A stretch of 64,000 nucleotides of DNA. Source: Azolla caroliniana. Lineage: Eukaryota; Plantae; Polypodiophyta. Positions 12,601 to 25,998 of this stretch are shown here, piece by piece. How positions within the stretch are numbered: the first letter of the stretch is position 1; each line of letters starts with the position of its first letter. The translations under genes and the position numbers were made by a program. Location of the stretch: assembly GCA_043228905.1 (NCBI GenBank), contig JBHGNT010000014.1, positions 3,906,001-3,970,000 on the forward strand. The letters are read 5' to 3'. The notes beneath the pieces were generated by a model. It made no database searches. It saw only the letters and a list, made by a program, of their open reading frames with translations, and was not told the DNA's origin.

Positions 12601-13940
12601 AATATGGAGAATGCAAAGCCGTTGAGGACTCCATTGCCTACATATGTAAAGCTGAGCACATGTGATAGCTCCGCATCTGATGAGGAAACGGAATTTATGA
12701 CCAAGGTTCCTTATCAATCCGTAGTTGGGAGTCTTATGTACGCCATGGTGGCTACAAGACTTGACATTGCATTTGTAGTGGGAGTAGTAAGTAGATTCAT
12801 GTCAAATCCTGGTAAGAAACATTGGGATGCAGTCAAGTTGATTTTGAGATATCTGAGTGGCACTAAGGATAAGTGCCTTTGTTTAGGTAAAGGGGACACC
12901 TCTATCATCGGATACATAGATTCAGATTATACTAGATGTACTGATAGTAGGAAATCTACTTCAGGGTACATTTTTCAAATTATGGGAGGTGCTATTGCTT
13001 GGAGATCCCGTCTCCAAGAATGTGTCACATTGTCAACTACAATGGCTGAGTATGTTGCAGCCAATGAGGCATGTAAGGAAGCAATATGCCTGTCTTGATT
13101 AGCTAGTGACATGGGTATACCGCAACATGTACCCAAATTGTTTTGTGATAGTCAAAGTGGCATTGCTTTGGCTAACAATCTGGTACATCATGCGAAGATC
13201 AAACATATTGGCGTGCGATATCATTTCATTCGGGAATGCGTAGCTAATGGTTGCATTACCTCGCGAAAATGCCACAGATGCATTAACCAAGGCCTTACCA
13301 CAAGATGCGTTGGAGCATTGTTGTCACTTGATGGGAATGACTTAGTGCCGTACATTACATACTTGTTGTGTACATTGTGTAACATGCCCATCAGGTGGGA
13401 GGTATAGGTCTAGGTTTTGTACAACTCAACCTTCCATTATTCGTACTCCTAGTTTAGGTCTTTTGGTGGGAGATCGTTATACATGTATCCCGCATACATG
13501 CTAAGTGTGAAAAGGCCAAAATTGGTCTTCCACTTAGTACTGTGTGGGGAGAGAGTTTGGTGTATGTGTGTGAGTGAGTGAGAGAGAGAGGAAGAACGGA
13601 CAACGGGCAGAACTGCCGCCTTCTTCCTCCCTGTTGCTTTCCCCTCTCTCTATTGCAGCAATCCACTGTCTTTCCTCTTTGTTGTAACCTCCACCCTCTT
13701 GTTGTCTAGAGCGCCTTTTATTGTATCCTACTATTGCTTGCCCCCTGTTTTTGTTGTGGACACTACAACTCGCCAAGGACCACATCTCCTTCTTCCTCCT
13801 TTGTTGTCCTTGCATTACGATTCAGAGCAGAATAGAACAATTTTCTCTTGGCTCTCTGCTTTACCGATTTATAACATTCCTTCATTCCTTTATTCTTTCG
13901 TGTTCCTTATTCCTTCTTCTTCTTGTAATTATTTCTAGTC
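9605..13940 (+). mobile_element. Degenerate Ty1/copia element (gag end to RNase H and probable 3' LTR)
   Basis: [47 protein letters not shown] and DSRKSTSGY. A purine tract near 13463 precedes a probable LTR. Confidence 0.88.
10327..10877 (+). mobile_element. Solo LTR (Tnt1-like copia group), 551 bp
   Basis: TGTTGGG...TAACA with a perfect GTATT TSD (10322-26, 10878-82). It shares motifs with the 33778 LTR and contains a GAAACC/GAAATT hexamer run. Confidence 0.93.
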
Positions 13941-14134
13941 GGAAGATTGGGAATCCTTGATGGTGGAGGTAATGGGATCTTCCAACCAAGAGGAGGTTCC
14001 AATACTACTATGACCGATTCTTGACATGTGATGGAAATGGTAATAGATTTTGCACACAATGTCTTCTACTCCTTCTAGCTTCAATGTGTAATTTGTAGAC
14101 TTCTTCTCAAAGGGGGTTAGGACGTAGGACGTAG

Positions 14135-17100
14135 GACATGCCACATCAACCAGTACTACCATTAGAACCATTCCAGAAATGGGGTCTCGACTTTGTCATG
14201 CCATTCAAACCAGTAGCGGCAAGGACCGGAAATAGATATATCATAGTCGTCACCGACTACTACACAAAATGGGTCGAAGTTAAAGCCCTTTGTGATAATA
14301 CATATGGTTCCGTACGAATACATATGGAGTAGATTCGGTTGCCCGATTGAGTTAGTAAGTGATCAAGGTACTCACTTTGTTAATAAAATTGTTCATGAAT
14401 TGTCGGACTATTATGCAGTGATGCATAAAAGGAGTACACCTTACTACCCACAAGCTAATGGGTTAGCCGAATCAACAAATATAACACTACAAATGATTCT
14501 GAGGAATATAGTCAATGAAAATCTCATCGACTGGGATGAGAAGCTGCATAGTGCTTTATGGGCTTACTGTACCACATATAAAACAATGATCAAGTCGACC
14601 CCATTTCGAATGTCATTGGATTAGAGGCACTCATGCTGGTTGAATTTCAGTTTCTGACACTGCAGGTACAACTTATCGAACGACTCGACGAAGAGCAGTC
14701 GGAACAGATTGGAAGGAACAACTATTGTTGCTGGAAGAGAGTTGACTACAAGCAATGTGTCAATTGCAACAGAAGTAGAGAATAACTAAGGCGTTGACAT
14801 AATAAGGAGAAGTTGTTCGAAGTCGGTAAGACGGTTTTAGTCTTTCAGACCAAAATGGGTGCTATGCTAGGGAAACTGAGATTTCGGTGGACTGGACCAT
14901 ATTGGATAGTCGATAGCAACAATGGTACTTATCAAGTCAGAACGCTAGTTGGAGAAGTGTTGCCTAAGTGGGTCAATGGGTTTTGACTTAAGCCATATCG
15001 GGGATCGACCTCGACAAACCCATTTGAACATGACGCTAAAACAGGTAGTCTGCCGACTACCTCGTGAAAGTTGGCGATAGGACACAATTGTAAATATTAT
15101 TTGAAAAATAAATAAATGAATAAATAATCAAATCTTGGCTGAAACAAACATAACAGAAAAATCAATAGATTGTCGTCATTAATTCTTCGCACTGTCCCAT
15201 TCAGACTATAAATGGACAACCATGCTTCTAATTTGATATTCATTATGAGTGGTGGCCATTAAAGAGCTAATAATAGCATATTCTATTTTTAACATTCTGT
15301 CTCAAAAAATGGACCATTTTTCAATAAAACTCCTTCGGCTACTTCCTCTCTCATAGAAAAATACAAGTGAATAGAGCAACGGTCATCCTCACACAGGCGA
15401 ACAACGAGAGCAACAGACAACAACAGAGTAGTTCGATTCTCTCCGTCGAGTACAAACAATTGCAAGGTTAGTCATGCAGACGAAGCAGGAGATAGGCCGA
15501 TGCAAGTATCTGAGCACTTCCGTAGATGGCTGAAGTCGCAAGGCCTAGAAGGGTATCTTCTAGTGGCGGATGTAGAACCCCACTCACACGTACAGGACAT
15601 AATCAAGGAAATCGACATCGACAGAATCACCAATAAATAGGTGTGTCATTTCCTTAATCTGAAGAAAGAGGGGTATGATGAAATGGATACTCTCAAAGCC
15701 GACATTTTGCAATCGTATTTCAGTGAGTATTCTCCATCTGTGAAGGCGTACGAAACTCAGGGAGGGGACAACTTATTTTTTCATGATGTGGTGAAATTTC
15801 TTTTGGAGGTCCCTTGTGTCAGTCCACACTCATATTGTATGCCCAAATAGAGGTTGGGTTCATAATCACGACATACGAAGGGAAACAGTCAACTGGGGGT
15901 ATAACACTTCGAGAGTAGTTGCACGGGGTACAAAAGGGGAAGCCTATGAAGACAAATCCTTGGCGCATCTTCAAGCATGAATTCAGCAAGAAGCTCCTTT
16001 TTGAACTCCACCGAAGTTGTGTACTCATTTTGGATCTCCATGACGCGCTCACGGATCCCTGGTTCCACCACACGCTTAAAGCTAGAAATTTGTTTTAGAT
16101 CGTGGCCCTCTATGGCTCACAGTATTATGTCCGACAATCAGCGAAAGACCCCAAGAATGGAAAAGCGGCAGTCATCAAGACCAACGTCGACACTAGTGGT
16201 TCCGAGAACAAACAATGCCCACCCTGAACCCGACACCCAACAACAACTGGTGCCGACATCTACAACCGTGCCTGAACAACCCCAACCCCAACCACTACAA
16301 TTAAGGAAAAAGCAAAAGAGTCAACACATTCAACATGAACAAATGTAGGAGGAGGAGAATTGGCCGACCAAGAGACAAAGGGTTGATGCCCAACAAACGG
16401 TTGAGCAACCGACTATCGACACAGTTGAACAGGCACAAGGACAAGCTATGGAAAAGAGCAAAACATCGTCAATGTCCTCGAATGAAGTCCTTGGCTTGCC
16501 AAGATACCACCAACAACCCATGAAGTTGTGGCCCTATTATAGTTTGGGACGTCATATGAACTAGTGGATTGGCTCTCTAAGAGGTTATAGTATGAGTGCG
16601 ACATACTGACCCAGGAGTACAACGATCGAGAGATGATCCAGAAGGCCATGATTAGAGTAATTGAGCTTGAAGAGTAAAGAGAACTACAAACAATCGTCCG
16701 ACAATGTGATGCGAAAAACAAAGGTCGGGCGATTCAAATACCTCCTCTCCACACGGCCCTTGTCGAAGTCCATAGGGAGTACGTTAGAACGAATAGAGCA
16801 AAAAAGGACATGGCTGAAGCATGCCAAAGAGCAACAACGGCAACCGACCACATGCATACACAATGGTCGACACTGAAAAAGAGCAATGAGGAACTGTCGG
16901 ATCGACTCCAACAGATGGAAGAAAAGATGAAAGAAAGTCAACGACCATATGGAAAAGTATGATTTTGCAGGGATCCCACACATACTGGCCAAGCAATTAT
17001 GGGATCAATTGCAAGCTACCAAGATGGAGGTTGAATGATCCAATCAAAGGGCAGAAGTAGCTGAGGAAAAAGGAAAGGTGGAAGAGCGTTTGCAGCTAGC

Positions 17101-18147
17101 AAAAACCAAGCCAGGAGGCCTACTGGATGCCAAAGACGAAGCCATACACAACTTGAAACAATAGGTAGAATGACAAAAAGTGGAGAAGGAAAAGGTGGAA
17201 GAGGTGGAGCAATATGTTATTATACAAGAGGAACATTATGCCGATCAAATGTCTCAGCTAGTGCTCAAGAAGATAGACATGCATACGGAATATGAGCAAC
17301 ACAAAGAACAACTCGATTTGGAGAGAAATGAACTAGCCAAGATGTACAACGCGCTCGAGGCCAAGTATGAAGAGAAACGCCTAGCACTACCAGTGGTATA
17401 GCCGAAGATAATGTTCGACCAAGGGTCGGCGGAAACTCGCCTGGTAGAAATGCGAAAATAGTTAGCCACGATGCAATATAAAGTAAGCATGGGCAAAGAA
17501 AAAGTGCGCGTCATTTTGTCGGCTCATAAGGCTCGAACACAAAGAATGGTAATTGACTCCCTAGACAAAGGTTGGAAGACATGATCAACACAGGAAGATG
17601 AATTGCAACTTCTCTGAGCCGACTAGGAGAATAAGAAGAAGTAAGGCACCGGTTTCTTCAAGATGGATGACGCAACCATAACTATTGTCCAGGAGGAACT
17701 TGCGTGAGATATATATGAGCTTGTTGTGAACCTCTAGGAGGAGATTACTCGTCTTATGGAGGAATATGACAACCATAAGCTCGACACTACGGTACGACTG
17801 GATGCGTATGAGAAAGAACGCCGACAACAGACTAAAGAATTAGGGCCAAACAATGACAAACCACCCTCTCCAGCCGACTCAGAGCACACAATACCAGTAA
17901 ATGAAGATAAAGGCGACACAAAGCTAAAGGAGGCGGAAGTAGAATCCACGCACAGGCTGGAAAGGGAACATGCATTTGACACTGACATACGAGATATTAA
18001 TGCGTGTTAATAATTAGGTAATTAAGTAAGGTTAATTATTGTTTAATTATGTGAGTTGTTGATAACGCAACAGAAGATTATGTGATCGTGTGGGAGGAAG
18101 AGAGAGAGGAAGTTACACTTATGAACAATAATATAAATGGGGGATGA
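14135..18147 (+). mobile_element. 3' half of an Athila/Tat-like gypsy: integrase, decayed extra ORF(s), PPT
   Basis: [26 protein letters not shown] and GKLRFRWTGPY, followed by about 2.5 kb of coding-like sequence and the PPT-like AAATGGGGGATGA near 18135. Confidence 0.75.
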
Positions 18148-18255
18148 TTAACAAGAGTGTGACTAAAGACCTTTCTCTATATTAATAAGCATCATCAAAT
18201 ACAAAAATACCCACAATGAGGTATATATTGATCTTATGTGCAAGGGTGCACTGAA

Positions 18256-18950
18256 TGACAGGGACTGTACGCTCCCTATACGCAACGCTCGGCCACAACC
18301 AAGCTTAGATTCATGCACAGAAAACGGGAAATAAAGAACGACACAAAGGAGAGAAAAAGTACACAGGATGTTTACGTGGAAAACCCAAACTAAGGGAAAA
18401 ACCACGGCAGCCCACAGGCTGCAAACTATCACTATGTTGGAATGTACAAACAATGAGTTCACGGAGGCAACGACCTCGTGCTGACGATCTTCGCCACAGG
18501 CGGCGGTTACAACAGAGGCAGCGACCTCTTTCTTTCTCTCTCTCTCTCTCTGTACACTGTTACGCGCTCTAATCTCGTGCAAAACAGAAAAAGACAACAA
18601 CAACTAAAAGTTTGCCCTAAGTCATATTTATACTAATATGACTTTTCGGCTATTTACAAATATAGCCTCGATGGACTCTCAGAAACATATTTACGAATAT
18701 GTCTCTTCATCCGGTTCTCACCGGGTCTGTACCATCCGGCTCTTCGTAGCCGGGTACTCCTCATCCCGTTCATACCGGGTCTACACCATCCGGCTCTCCG
18801 TAGCTGGGTACTCCTCATCCGGTTCATACCGGGTCTGCACCCTCCGGCTCTCCGTAGCCGTGTCCTCCTCATACGGTTTCGGCCTCAGCCGAGCTTGTTC
18901 ATCAGCACTGTTCTTCTCCATTCCCATCCGGAGGGACCTGTCTCCCAACA
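18256..18950 (-). mobile_element. Solo LTR (Tnt1-like copia) containing about three 54-bp tandem units
   Basis: TG...CA termini, TSD CTGAA (18251-55, 18951-55), tandem units near 18710-18880. Confidence 0.9.
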
Positions 18951-21160
18951 CTGAAGAGAAATGCACGGAATATCGCTTAGCCACAACCGAGTAGTAAGTG
19001 ACTTCTATAAGAATCAAACACAGAAATGGGAAGTGGGGAGTACACAAGAAAAATGACACAGGATGTTTATGTGGAAACCCCTAGTAGGGAAAAACCATGG
19101 GAGCCCACAGACTCCGAACTATCACTATGAAGAGAAGGGGTACACTCAGACTCTCGGAGGCAACGACCTCGAGCTCTGTTTCTTTGTACAATGGCGGTTA
19201 CAACAGAGTATCACTCTGTATCTCTCTCTCTCTCTCCCTCTCACTCTGTACAACAGTTACAACAATATGACAACAACGCACTCATCAACGGCTAAAGTGA
19301 TTGGCCTAAGTCATATTTATAGTTATATGAACATAGGGCTATTTATAAAAATAGCCTCAATGGGCTTATTCAAGACATAATTACAAATCTGTCTTCTCTT
19401 CCGATTCTCACCGGGTCCATCAATCCAGTTTCTGGATCTCTTCCGGTTCTCACCGGGTCCTCTTTATTCATCACTGGATCCCATCCGGAGAGACCGATTT
19501 CCCAACAATCTCCCCCTTCACTCCAGTATGGGATGTCTTGTAAGTCCGATCCATTTCCGGCATGCGTCCAGCTTGTCGGGTGTCAATACCTTGGTCAACA
19601 TATCTGACCCGTTCTCCTCCGTGTGGATCTTCGTCAGCATGAACTCTCGATCTTCAACTCGCTCCCGGATCCAGTGGTACCTGCACTGGATGTGCTTCGT
19701 TCTGGAATGGTATGACGTGTTCTTTGCAAGGTGGATGGCACCTTCCCTATTGCAGTAGAGCCGATATTCCTCTTGCCGGATCCCTAGCTCTCCGATGAAG
19801 TCCTTCATCCATAATATTTCCTTGCCGACTTCCACGGCTGCCATGTACTCCGCCTCCATGGTTGACAACGCAACCGTCTTGTGCAGCCTCGACTGCCACG
19901 AAACCGCTCCCCCTGCATAGGTCATGTCATATCCGGAAGTTGATCGGCTGGTGTCCACATCAGCCAACATATTCGATTTGGTAAAGCCTTCCATGAGGGG
20001 TTTACCGGAGCCGAATCAGAGGCACATACTCGAAGTGCCCTTCAAGTACCGGAGTATCCATTTTACCACATTCCAGTGCTCTTTTCCGAGGTTGGTCATG
20101 AACCGACTCACCACTCCGACTGTGTATCCAATATCCGGTCGAGCACACACCATTACGTACATCAAGCTCCCGAATGCAAAGGCATATGGAATCTTCATCA
20201 TATCTGCCTTCTCTGCCTTTGTCTTTGGGCTTTGCGTACCGGATAATCTGCAGTTTGTCGGGAGTGTCGATTCGACGGGTTTTGCTTCTGACATGTTAAA
20301 CCGCTGAAGCACCTTTGTCACATACTTTTCCTCTGACAACCACAATTGCTTCTTCGACCGGTCCCGGATGATGTGCATCCCCAGTATCTGTCTTGCCGGA
20401 CCCAAGTCTTTCATTGACAAGGTCCGGTTAAGGGCCTTCTTCAGCATCCGTATCTTGACTTGGTCTCGTCCGATGAGCACCATGTCCTCCACGTTGTTGT
20501 GAAGATTCCGGGCCATCGGTAGAAACAAAGTGAAACGTGTGGGAGCACTGGTGTGCATGAGTGCACACCCCTGGTGAATTAGATAGTGTAAGTACTAGGC
20601 ATAGGGAAAGGGAGGTGTACTAGGTAGTTAAAGCACTAATAGCAATTTAGTCATCGTGAAGTAGGGAGAGTTACGAGAAGATCGAATCAGGGGGGGAGAA
20701 TTTAGGAAGTTAAAGCGACAAGGCCATGAATGCTCTGTAACGGTCGCTCCTTGTGCTATAAAAGGGGTGACCCTCGACTGTTTTTGGGGATGCCATTTTT
20801 TTTTAGAGAGAAAGGTCGTCGAAAGAGAGGAGAAAAGAGTGAGAGAGGAGAAAGGAGAGAGGGACAAAAGAAGAGGAGTCTTACGACGTGCCACCAGAAG
20901 GCGCTTCCCTTGCTCGCGTCAGATGCCCGAGTGCTCCCGACCAGGGGATAGACCTTCTGTGTGCCCACTCATCTCCATATCTGACTACTGTAGAGCCTAC
21001 GCTCGATCTCTCTCGTTTCGCTAATCTTTTTTGTTTAAATCGCGATCTCAGAGCTCTCGTAAACCATAGACTCTTCGTCCTCGCTTCTTGATTGCTTGGT
21101 TCAAGATCCCCATGGTCCTGCCCAACTTCTACGCATCCGCGAGGATTTCCTCGACATATT

Positions 21161-21177
21161 TGGTGAACCCGACGTGA
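21161..21177 (+). other. Primer-binding site complementary to the tRNA-Trp 3' end
   Basis: TGGTGAACCCGACGTGA lies 4 nt after the LTR end. The tRNA identity is from recall of eukaryotic tRNA-Trp. Confidence 0.8.
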
Positions 21178-22337
21178 AGAAGGGCGGCAAAGGAATCTGA
21201 AAATGAGAGGGAGCGAACTTGCAGAAGCAATGGCGGTGTCGGCAGACCGCCTGCTTAGCGCTCGCGAGGGCACGAGTGCCCTCGATAGGGCCATAGAAGC
21301 AACGGTCGACAAGATAGGTCGGTTCAGTGGGAAAGACGCCACGAGTTACTTAGAGGCCTACAAATCTGAAATGTAGATGAGGAATATACCCGAGAATAGA
21401 CGGCTGATAGGGTTTCCTCGAGTCATGACACGACATATCCATACAGAGATGACCGAAATACAAGCGGACTGTCGTGATTGGGCGGAGTTTGCGGAGGAAG
21501 TTCTTGAAAGATACAACTATGACGACTCGCTCCGGCTATTGAGAAAGGACTTTATGGATTGGGTCAACAGCCCCGACAAGGGTCAAAACGCTTCGACGCT
21601 CCTCCAGGAGTTCGAGTCACGGTTCGTGCGGCTCTCTAGATTGGACCGAACCGTGCTTGAAACGAGCAAAGTCCCGTTTTTCGTTACGTCATTTGACTCG
21701 CATGTTTGGGAAAGCGTGGGTCTTCTTCTAGAAACTAACCGCGGTCTCACGACTGACTGGCGACCATCAAAGAAGTATGCAGCAAGATTGACAAACGCTG
21801 AGATTGGAAAGGAAGGGAGTCCTCACCAGCCGGAGTAGTTGTCGAAATTAGAGTCGAGTCAATGCCGACCCGAATGGATGAAACGAGGAGGTGGCTCGAG
21901 CTAGGCCCACCCTCGGCAAACGTAGCCGCGGGACCTACAGGCAGCGCAAGACTAGAAGAACTGACAAGGATGGTGCGTGACCTCCAGATCGCCCAGGCCC
22001 GGCGAAGCGACGAGGGTCAGCCGTGCGACCGACAACCGCCAGCCAATCAGAGGTGCATATGGTGCGACACCACCGGAAATTCCTAGATTGTGCTGACCTC
22101 GGTGAAGCGCTCAGAAGTAATGTAGTCTATCTCTCGAATGGCAGGATATATGCAAGCGACACGCGAAGATTGCTTGACGCAAATTTCGGATGAGGTGGCA
22201 TGAAGAGGCTAATGGAAGAAGCCGCGGCACGGCACGTCGAAGCTGTCCACTAGTCGGCTTCGGCCGGCATCCACGTAGGCAAAAGGGCGGCCAAACCCAA
22301 TTCAAACCCTGGGTTTTGGCCAGTTATTCTCGAGACC

Positions 22338-23396
22338 ATGTCCAGAGGAAGGTTGCAGAAGGGAGAAGCGGAGTGCGTGAAGGAGCCTGTGCGCGAAGTT
22401 ACCGGCTGGAGTGACCTTGTTGAGGAGATCACTGGCTTTGTGGAGCCCACGTGTAGGAACTACAAGGCCCTGATCGACGAAAGGCGAGCGGGGAAAACCG
22501 GGGGAGCGGGCCTTTCGGGGAGGTATGACACCCGAAGCACACCGAAAGGGCACGATGCCACTTCGACCGGGTCCCAGGAGAAGGAGAAGGGCAGGATTCC
22601 GAGCTTCCGTTTAAGCTCAGAAATCGAGAAAACAACGAACCTACAGAAGGTTCTAGAGGAGCGAGTTCTTGACACTCGCATAGAACTCACACTTAGGGAA
22701 GTGCTTGGCATAGCAAGAAGGGAATTCCATGACAACATCGTGGACCTCGTTAAGAGAAAGCATCTCACGACAAAACCGGAGCTCGAGAAGCCGGTTGAGG
22801 TAAGGACAACACTCCTCGACGAGATGGCCACGGAAGACGAGATTGCGGAAAGCCACTATGCCAGGCCGCACTGGGCAAGAGCGACTACAGAAACCCCTGT
22901 TCATATCGGGGATGTGAAGGAACCGGTGGTAGCATTAATCGACCACGGGTCGGAAATTAACCTGATGTCCATGGACTTCTACAAAAAGGGGACTTGGCAG
23001 ATCCACACCAAACATGGGTGGAAGATACACACGACTACAAGAGCCACGGAAGAACTACACAGGGCTTGCCCGAACGTCAGGGTGAGCGTCAGAGACGTTG
23101 ATATAAACCAACACTTTTTCATGCAAGAGACGGCCTCCCACCCGGTCATCCTCGACAAACCATACATCACGGTGGCTAGAACGGAGACGAAAGTGTTGGA
23201 CAATGGTTCAGCCTATGCGAGGGTAAAAAGTCAGGACGGCCATCACTTTGTCCAATTTTTGACCGTTCGGAAGAATCACGAGCGGAACAGGGACACCCTC
23301 AGAAATAATGACAAGGCGGATTTTTTGAAAGGGCTATCAAGGTGTGGGGCCACGATAGTCCGGATAGTCGGAAAATTCTTCACATCTGTAAACTAG
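22338..23396 (+). CDS. C-terminal Gag-protease portion of ORF1 of the Trp-primed gypsy
   Basis: VVALIDHGSEINLM protease-like motif and HPVILDKPY. Confidence 0.75.
   Translation: MSRGRLQKGEAECVKEPVREVTGWSDLVEEITGFVEPTCRNYKALIDERRAGKTGGAGLSGRYDTRSTPKGHDATSTGSQEKEKGRIPSFRLSSEIEKTTNLQKVLEERVLDTRIELTLREVLGIARREFHDNIVDLVKRKHLTTKPELEKPVEVRTTLLDEMATEDEIAESHYARPHWARATTETPVHIGDVKEPVVALIDHGSEINLMSMDFYKKGTWQIHTKHGWKIHTTTRATEELHRACPNVRVSVRDVDINQHFFMQETASHPVILDKPYITVARTETKVLDNGSAYARVKSQDGHHFVQFLTVRKNHERNRDTLRNNDKADFLKGLSRCGATIVRIVGKFFTSVN
23318..23387 (+). other. Putative -1 ribosomal frameshift signal (G_GAU_UUU plus pseudoknot)
   Basis: 6-nt spacer, stem 1 at 23331-38/23354-61, stem 2 at 23340-46/23381-87. 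The -1 frame matches ORFs 23342 and 23627. Confidence 0.65.
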
Positions 23397-25998
23397 GGAG
23401 GAAAGTTTTATTCTCCAACAACGGGGGATGTATCATTGCCAGCATCAGTGGCCGAGAAAGAAAGCAGGCCGAGATATGCTTAAAAGCGTGCAAAGCCTTG
23501 AGTCATGATAAAGGGATTGGGGAAGCCGTGGAGCCGGTCTCATTTGATGATACCATTAGAGAAATCAGGAAGGTAGTCGAGGGAGGCCTAAGCAAAGATT
23601 GAGTCATACCGGTCAACTTAGTCGACATGTATGAAGTCATTGCGGACTTCGAAAGAAAAACTAGGGCGCATCGAATCGCCCGAGTAGACACCAAGTACAA
23701 GACTGTGGACCGGAAGGTGAAGCCCGTCGCGGCCCCCTTACCTGAGGGCAACTGGGAACGAATAAAGGGGGTCACTACCGACCTGAGCTTGCGAGATCCG
23801 GCCGGCATAGGTCACTGTTTCACCGACAAAACACTATGAGAGCTGAAGATCAATGGGGGTGACTTCCTACTACCGGCAGAAGAGGACCGGTTCAGAAGGA
23901 TGCTCGAGAGGCAAGGGAAAGCCTTTGCATTCTCACCAGGAGAGATCGGATGCGTCGAACCAACCATTGTCAAACCAATGGTGATCTTTACCGTGCCGCA
24001 CGTGCCATGGAGTCTCAAACCAATTCAAGTACCGAGAGCTTAGATGCCAATGTTGATGGAGCTTCTTATGCAGAAGGTGGAGCTGGGCATCCTCGAACCA
24101 TCGAGTGCCCCTTACTCTAACCGGTGGTTTACGGTACCAAAGAAGAATGGTACGTTGCGCTTCATCCAAGACTTACAACCGGTCAACAAGGTGACCATCC
24201 GCAATACGGGAGTTGGGTCGTCGATCGATGAGTTCGCAGAAGCCTTCGCTGGAAGGTCCATATACTCGGTCAGAGACCTTTACTCGGGGTTCAACAAGTT
24301 CCAGCTGGCCGTGGAAAGCAGGGACATCACAACAATGTGAACCCCTCTCGGCCTAGTTCGAATGTGTACCCTACCACAGGGACGGACCAACTCGGTGGCA
24401 CACATGGTAAATGCAATGAACAAAGTCTTGTGGGACTGCATTCCGGACATCTCCATGCCTTTCCTGGACGACATCCCTATAAAGGGGTGTCCGGAGGACA
24501 CCAAGGATGAATCGATCGACGCGGACAGGTGCCGAAGGTTTGTCACCGACCATATCTCCGACTGCGAGAAAATATTACAGAGGCTCGAAGGCGCACGGCT
24601 TACCTTCTCGGGAGAAAAGTTGGCCTTTGGACAACCAGAGATCTTAGTGGTGGGCCATCTATGTGGGTCGTACGGATGGAAGCCATCGCCAACCAAGGTA
24701 GAGGCCATCTCGGCAATGAAGGAGGAGTGTGGATCCGTCACAGAGGTCCGATGATTCTTAGGAGCATGCGCCTTTTACCACATATGGATCCCTCATTACG
24801 CACATGTCGCCGAACCACTCTACGGCTTGTTAAAAAAGAGAGCAAGAAATTCGAATGGACAAAGGAACATACCGAGGCAGTCCGGAGGCTAAAACGAATG
24901 CTCACCGCGGCACTAGCTTTACGCAAAGCAGAATACGCACCGGGAACCCCGGTCTACATCACGGTGAACACCAGCCTGACCAGGATCGGATGGGTCGTAA
25001 ATCAAGAGGACGAAGATGGCACGCGTTTCACTATCCGGTTCGGTACGAAGGTACTGAGCGAGCGACAACAAGGATACGCCCAAGTCAAGCGCGAGCTATG
25101 GGGTAGAGTTTCGGCGGTTAAGGTCGACAAAGATTATCTAATCGGGACAGAAGTGATTATAGAAACGGACTACCTACCGATTCTCGGTATGGTCTCCGGA
25201 TGCGCAACTCCCGACCTAGCCATGCTCAGGTGGATTGCGTACATCAAGTCCCTGAACCCAGAGATACAACACATATTGGATAAAGACAACACCGTGGCCG
25301 ATATGCTTTCCAGGGCAAGGTTCGAGGACGAGGACGGCATGGTATCGGAGAACGATGAAGTCGGCGCGGACTTCTTCGAATCGGCAAGGATGAGGATAAA
25401 AGGGAGAAGCGCTCTGCCCCTGAGCGAGTTCGACGAAAACCACTATGACGGGGAGTGGCTTCTAATCGGAAGGTTTCTAAAAACAATGACGGCGAACCCC
25501 GCGATGACTATGAAGGAGGTGGGACAGTTCCAAAAAAGGGCATATCGGTACTTCATACGGAACGGGAAAATCTGGAGGGTCCCAAAAAGGCAAAACGATG
25601 CGCCGCTCCGGGTAATAGCGCAGGCGGATGATCAAGAGAGGCTAATATCGGAGTTCCACGAAAGCCCTTGGTCTGGACACTGGGGTACATTGGCCACATT
25701 CGAGAAGTTAAAGGAGAAATATTGGTGGCCGGGTATATATAAGAGCATGCATTACTTCGTGTCCACGTGTGAAAGCTGCCAGATGCACTCGGTGGTTCGA
25801 TACCGCGGCGAGCTGCATCCAACCTACCCCCCCGACCGTACACTTCAAATGGATGGTTGACTTAGTAACCATGCCGATGGGAGAGGGTCAGAAGCGATAC
25901 CTGGTGCTGGCTAGAGAAGACCTAACGAACCAGGTAGAGGGCTGAGCGCTAACGAACAAGACCACCGCGGTAACATGTAAGTTTCTGATAGAAGATGT
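23342..25998 (+). pseudogene. pol (RT-RNase H-integrase) of the Trp-primed gypsy, with stops and frameshifts
   Basis: YKTVDRKVKPV, LRFIQDLQPVN, FLDD, YAQVKRELWG and H...H...CESC. Confidence 0.85.

Noticed and set aside
13940-14135. Unassigned segment between a copia LTR and gypsy integrase
   Set aside because: No motif or boundary that I can support.
18638-18994. ORF with an 18-aa repeat
   Set aside because: It is the translation of a 54-bp tandem repeat inside a solo LTR.
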